This document shows, in pieces, positions 58,730-64,000 of a stretch of DNA of 64,000 nucleotides. Position 1 is the first letter of the stretch. Each line of letters begins with the position of its first letter. The DNA comes from Candidatus Latescibacterota bacterium (lineage in GTDB: Bacteria; Latescibacterota; UBA2968; UBA8231): the NCBI GenBank assembly GCA_964291625.2, contig OZ220089.1, positions 2,112,001 through 2,176,000 on the forward strand. Direction: 5' to 3'. The notes under the pieces are model-generated. The model was given only the letters and a program-made list of their open reading frames with translations, did no database searches and was not told where the DNA came from. Position numbers and translations under genes: made by a program.

Positions 58730-59065
58730 CTACCCGAAGCTGTCGCGGGCCTCCTCCACCGTTTCGAAAACCTTGGCGAGACGGGAGAAGCCGCTGATCT
58801 CCAGGACCTCGTTGATGTGGTCGGGCACCCGGCACAGGGCCAGCCCGCCACCGGCTGCGCTCGTCTTCCTGATGGCGATCAGGAAGACCCGCAGCCCGGC
58901 ACTGCTGATGTAGTTGAGCTCGCCGCAATCGACCACGAGGCCGGTGGCCCCCTTGTCGATGATGGCACTCAGCTCCTCTTCGAATTCCTTGGCATTCGCG
59001 GAATCCACGCGGCCGCTGACCGCGGCGACGGCCGTGCTTCCGGTCTGGCTGGTCTCAACGTTCAT
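58730..59065 (-). CDS. STAS-domain anti-sigma-factor antagonist (RsbV/SpoIIAA-like)
   Basis: 'SGRVDS', 'YISSAGLRV' with phosphorylatable Ser, and 'EVLEISG'. Confidence 0.93.
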   Translation of the reverse strand: MNVETSQTGSTAVAAVSGRVDSANAKEFEEELSAIIDKGATGLVVDCGELNYISSAGLRVFLIAIRKTSAAGGGLALCRVPDHINEVLEISGFSRLAKVFETVEEARDSFG

Positions 59066-59511
59066 GCATCGTCCTCCGGAGCCTCCAAGGGTTGCACAAG
59101 GTTCAGGCGATTGCATCCGTCCACCCGCTCGTAGGTGAGCTTCTGGACGAATGCCTTGGTTAGGTGGATGCCGAGGCCGCCGATGGTACGGTCCGTGGCG
59201 GGAAGGGCCACATCGGGCTCGGCGGCGTCCTCGAGGGGGTTGAAAGGTCTTCCATTGTCAACGATAACAGCCCCCACCTCGGTATCGTCGAGGTGGAGAG
59301 TCACGGTGATGACCGCGTCCTGAGCGTCCTCCGGGAATCCGTAGGAAATCACGTTTGTCAGAATCTCGTCCAGGGCCAGCTGAAACCCGAAAACCGTCCT
59401 CTCCGGCAGCCCGTTCTCGGCCCCGAAACGCTCGAACTGCTCCGCAATGCGCCGGGGCTCCTCACTGTCGAGGCTGACGTCGAATCTCAGAGTGACATCC
59501 ATTCTCGTCAT
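59062..59511 (-). CDS. RsbW/SpoIIAB-like anti-sigma Ser kinase
   Basis: Intact 'LDEILTNVISY', 'DNGRPFNP' and 'GGLGIHL'. Confidence 0.93.
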   Translation of the reverse strand: MTRMDVTLRFDVSLDSEEPRRIAEQFERFGAENGLPERTVFGFQLALDEILTNVISYGFPEDAQDAVITVTLHLDDTEVGAVIVDNGRPFNPLEDAAEPDVALPATDRTIGGLGIHLTKAFVQKLTYERVDGCNRLNLVQPLEAPEDDA

Positions 59512-59686
59512 CCCTCGGGACAAAGGGACGGATTCCGGCCGGGGCCGGCGGCCTCCCCAAGGCGGCAGCGACCGAGGATCCGGCCGTCCCGCCGGGAAAG
59601 ATCATAAGCCCCGATGCCCGCCACAAGGCGGGGCAGGCTTTGCAAGTTGAAGCTGCCGTGCCGGCAGCTGACTATTCCCTGACTGG

Positions 59687-59715
59687 TTGACAGCTCTAGT
59701 AGTAGAGTAAGAGCT
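59687..59715. promoter_or_regulatory. Perfect TTGACA overlapping nested inverted repeats (possible promoter/operator)
   Basis: TTGACA at 59687-59692, AGCTCT-N12-AGAGCT and an inner CTCTA-GTAG-TAGAG, in an AT-rich patch between divergent genes. Confidence 0.45.
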
Positions 59716-60314
59716 TTGCCAACGTTTTCAAAATTCCGTCCCGGGGGGAAGGAGGAGGCGTCTCAATCCCTGGGATGGCACCTGGACCCCGGATGAGGAA
59801 TCTGCCATGTTCCCATGTTCCCTCGTCGAGCGATGCTCCCGAGTCCCGCCCTGACCGGTTCACTTCTCACCGGCGCCGGCGCTCGTTGCGGCTCCGAGGC
59901 GATCGCCGGCGTCCCTTCGGGCCCCGGCGGCCTCACCGGGCGCGGGGAGGCGCTCCCCGCCCGTCCCATCGCCGGGGCCCCGGGCGGCGTGGATCTCAGC
60001 GAGGAGAAGCCGGTGCGATTCTCCGGCGGCACCGCCATGGATTTCACCGGCGATCTGGACCTGACCATCGGCTGTTACGAAATTGCCACCGAGGATCGCA
60101 TCGCCCTCACGGGAAAGAGCCATGGCTTCCGGATCGGACTGGGGGGTGCAGAGCCTTCTGAACCCGGTGCCGGAAGCAGACCCCGAGGAGACGGCGGGCC
60201 AGGCAAACCTTCGCCCGGAGAGCACTGGGACTACAACGGCGCCTCCGGTTGTTCGTTGACCCCTAACCCATCTCTCTCCCGAAACACCCACTCCCTGAAC
60301 GGAGGACCACTCCG

Positions 60315-62903
<2,589 letters not shown>

Positions 62904-62996
62904 GGGCTGGCTGAACCGTGCTTCCGGGGCGCAGCGCCATGAGCGCCCTGGAGGCGCCTCCCCGGAGCAGCAGCCTCCTGTAAGCAGTCGGTTCCC

Positions 62997-63058
62997 GCGG
63001 TCCCCCCGGAGGCTCGCCCTTGCGATGGCGCGAGCCTCCGGGGGGCCGCCGTCTTTTC
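62997..63058 (+). terminator. Rho-independent terminator-like hairpin after the TonB-dependent receptor gene
   Basis: CCCCCCGGAGGCTCGC / GCGAGCCTCCGGGGGG stem followed by TCTTTT. Confidence 0.7.
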
Positions 63059-63145
63059 TGTCCCGCCGCCGCATCCCCCCCGCGAGCTGATTCCTCCACC
63101 CGGCTGCAGTCCCGATCCGCATACACTTCACACGGGAGAAGACGA

Positions 63146-63970
63146 TTGCTCAAGGCGGGCATCTTTCTGGACATGGAGAACCTCAACCGGTGCGGCGGCT
63201 ACGCCCTCCAGTACCGCCACGTCAAGGCCCTGGCCGAGGCCCAGGGCGCCGTCGTCGTGCGCGCCAACGCCTACATCGCGGTGGACCGAGAGCGGGAAGC
63301 CAGGGATCCGGAGTACGGGCAGAGAAAGGCCGAGTACCGCAACCGGGTCCGGCGCGAGGGCTATCACCTGGTGCTCAAGGAGGTGCAGATCTACCGGGAC
63401 ACGGAGGGCCAGGTCATAACCAAGGCCAACGCCGACCTGGAGCTGGCCGTGGACGCCCTGCTGCAGACGGAGAGGCTCGACTACGTGCTCCTCGGCACCG
63501 GCGACGGTGATTTCCTCCGTCTCGTGCGGGCCCTGCAGAACCGGGGCAAGCGGGTCGACCTGCTGTCGTTCATGAACACCAGCACGCGGCTGCGCCAAGA
63601 GGTGGACAACCACTTCTCCGGGTACCTCGTGCCCGGACTGCTGCCCGAGGACCGGACGGAGCCCGAGCGCCTCCGGGGCATCGTCCACGCCGTCAACGAG
63701 GAGAGGGGCTACGGGTTCCTCACCGTGCAGACCGGCATGGGCATGGAGAGCGTGCGCGAGGACGTCTTCCTCCACATCACCGACCTGCGCTCGGCCGAGG
63801 GCCGGCCCCTGGACAATGCCCAGTTCGCCCAGTACAAGACCCGGGGAACGATGGTGGAGTTCGAGATGCAGGAAGACGGAACGGGCAAGTCCAAGGCGGT
63901 GAACGCCGTGGAGTTCCGTCCCGAGCTCTGGGGTCTCGCCCGGGGGGACCGGCCGCCCGCGCCCTCCTGA
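63146..63970 (+). CDS. NYN (LabA/DUF88) PIN-like nuclease fused to a cold-shock/OB domain
   Basis: 'IFLDMEN', 'KANADLELAVD' and 'GDGDF' catalytic Asp motifs, then the CSD motifs 'RGYGFL' and 'DVFLHI'. Probable TTG start. Confidence 0.85.
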   Translation: MLKAGIFLDMENLNRCGGYALQYRHVKALAEAQGAVVVRANAYIAVDREREARDPEYGQRKAEYRNRVRREGYHLVLKEVQIYRDTEGQVITKANADLELAVDALLQTERLDYVLLGTGDGDFLRLVRALQNRGKRVDLLSFMNTSTRLRQEVDNHFSGYLVPGLLPEDRTEPERLRGIVHAVNEERGYGFLTVQTGMGMESVREDVFLHITDLRSAEGRPLDNAQFAQYKTRGTMVEFEMQEDGTGKSKAVNAVEFRPELWGLARGDRPPAPS

Positions 63971-64000
63971 GAGCCGTGGGCACCCCCCCCCCCCCCCGAT

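Noticed and set aside
60195-60250. GGCAAACC...GGGAC resembling a c-di-GMP-I riboswitch upstream of the TonB-dependent receptor
   Set aside because: The GAAA-capped stem and the following GCAAAGC element are missing. No cobalamin or TPP riboswitch consensus was seen either.

Overview
A very GC-rich (roughly 70%, judged by eye) bacterial chromosomal window. No rRNA, tRNA, CRISPR array or mobile element is recognisable. Its centre is a ~10.3 kb type I PKS/FAS (KS-AT-DH-MT-ER-KR-ACP-KS-AT) followed by an ACP, a PPTase, an alpha/beta-hydrolase and an NCS2 permease. This layout matches the 'sup' (sponge-symbiont ubiquitous PKS) cluster, so the source may be a marine-sponge symbiont (inference). The surrounding genes are: (i) a divergent ~13 kb operon with a REC-PP2C phosphatase, an orphan periplasmic binding protein, a sensor kinase, a Tsx-like porin, an NCS2 permease fused to a degenerate RsbW-like domain, an MpaB/Lcp-type oxygenase, an MMPL transporter, a LolA-like protein and an outer-membrane barrel; (ii) a porin / binding protein / HAMP-only protein / OFA-MFS / squalene synthase / ispH operon; (iii) RsbW, STAS, amtB, circularly permuted ATP-grasp, alpha-E, transglutaminase, binding protein and a second NCS2-RsbW-like fusion; (iv) a TonB-dependent receptor and an NYN-cold-shock fusion; (v) catabolic genes on the left (hydantoinase A/B, sarcosine-oxidase-like protein, dipeptidase). 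The best candidate for an undescribed system is a transporter-linked partner-switching network: duplicated NCS2-pseudo-RsbW fusions, RsbU/V/W homologues and three orphan binding proteins, wrapped around the PKS and a lipid-export module. Several frameshifts lie in G/C runs and are probably sequencing errors. All calls come from motif reading only; no database searches were run.
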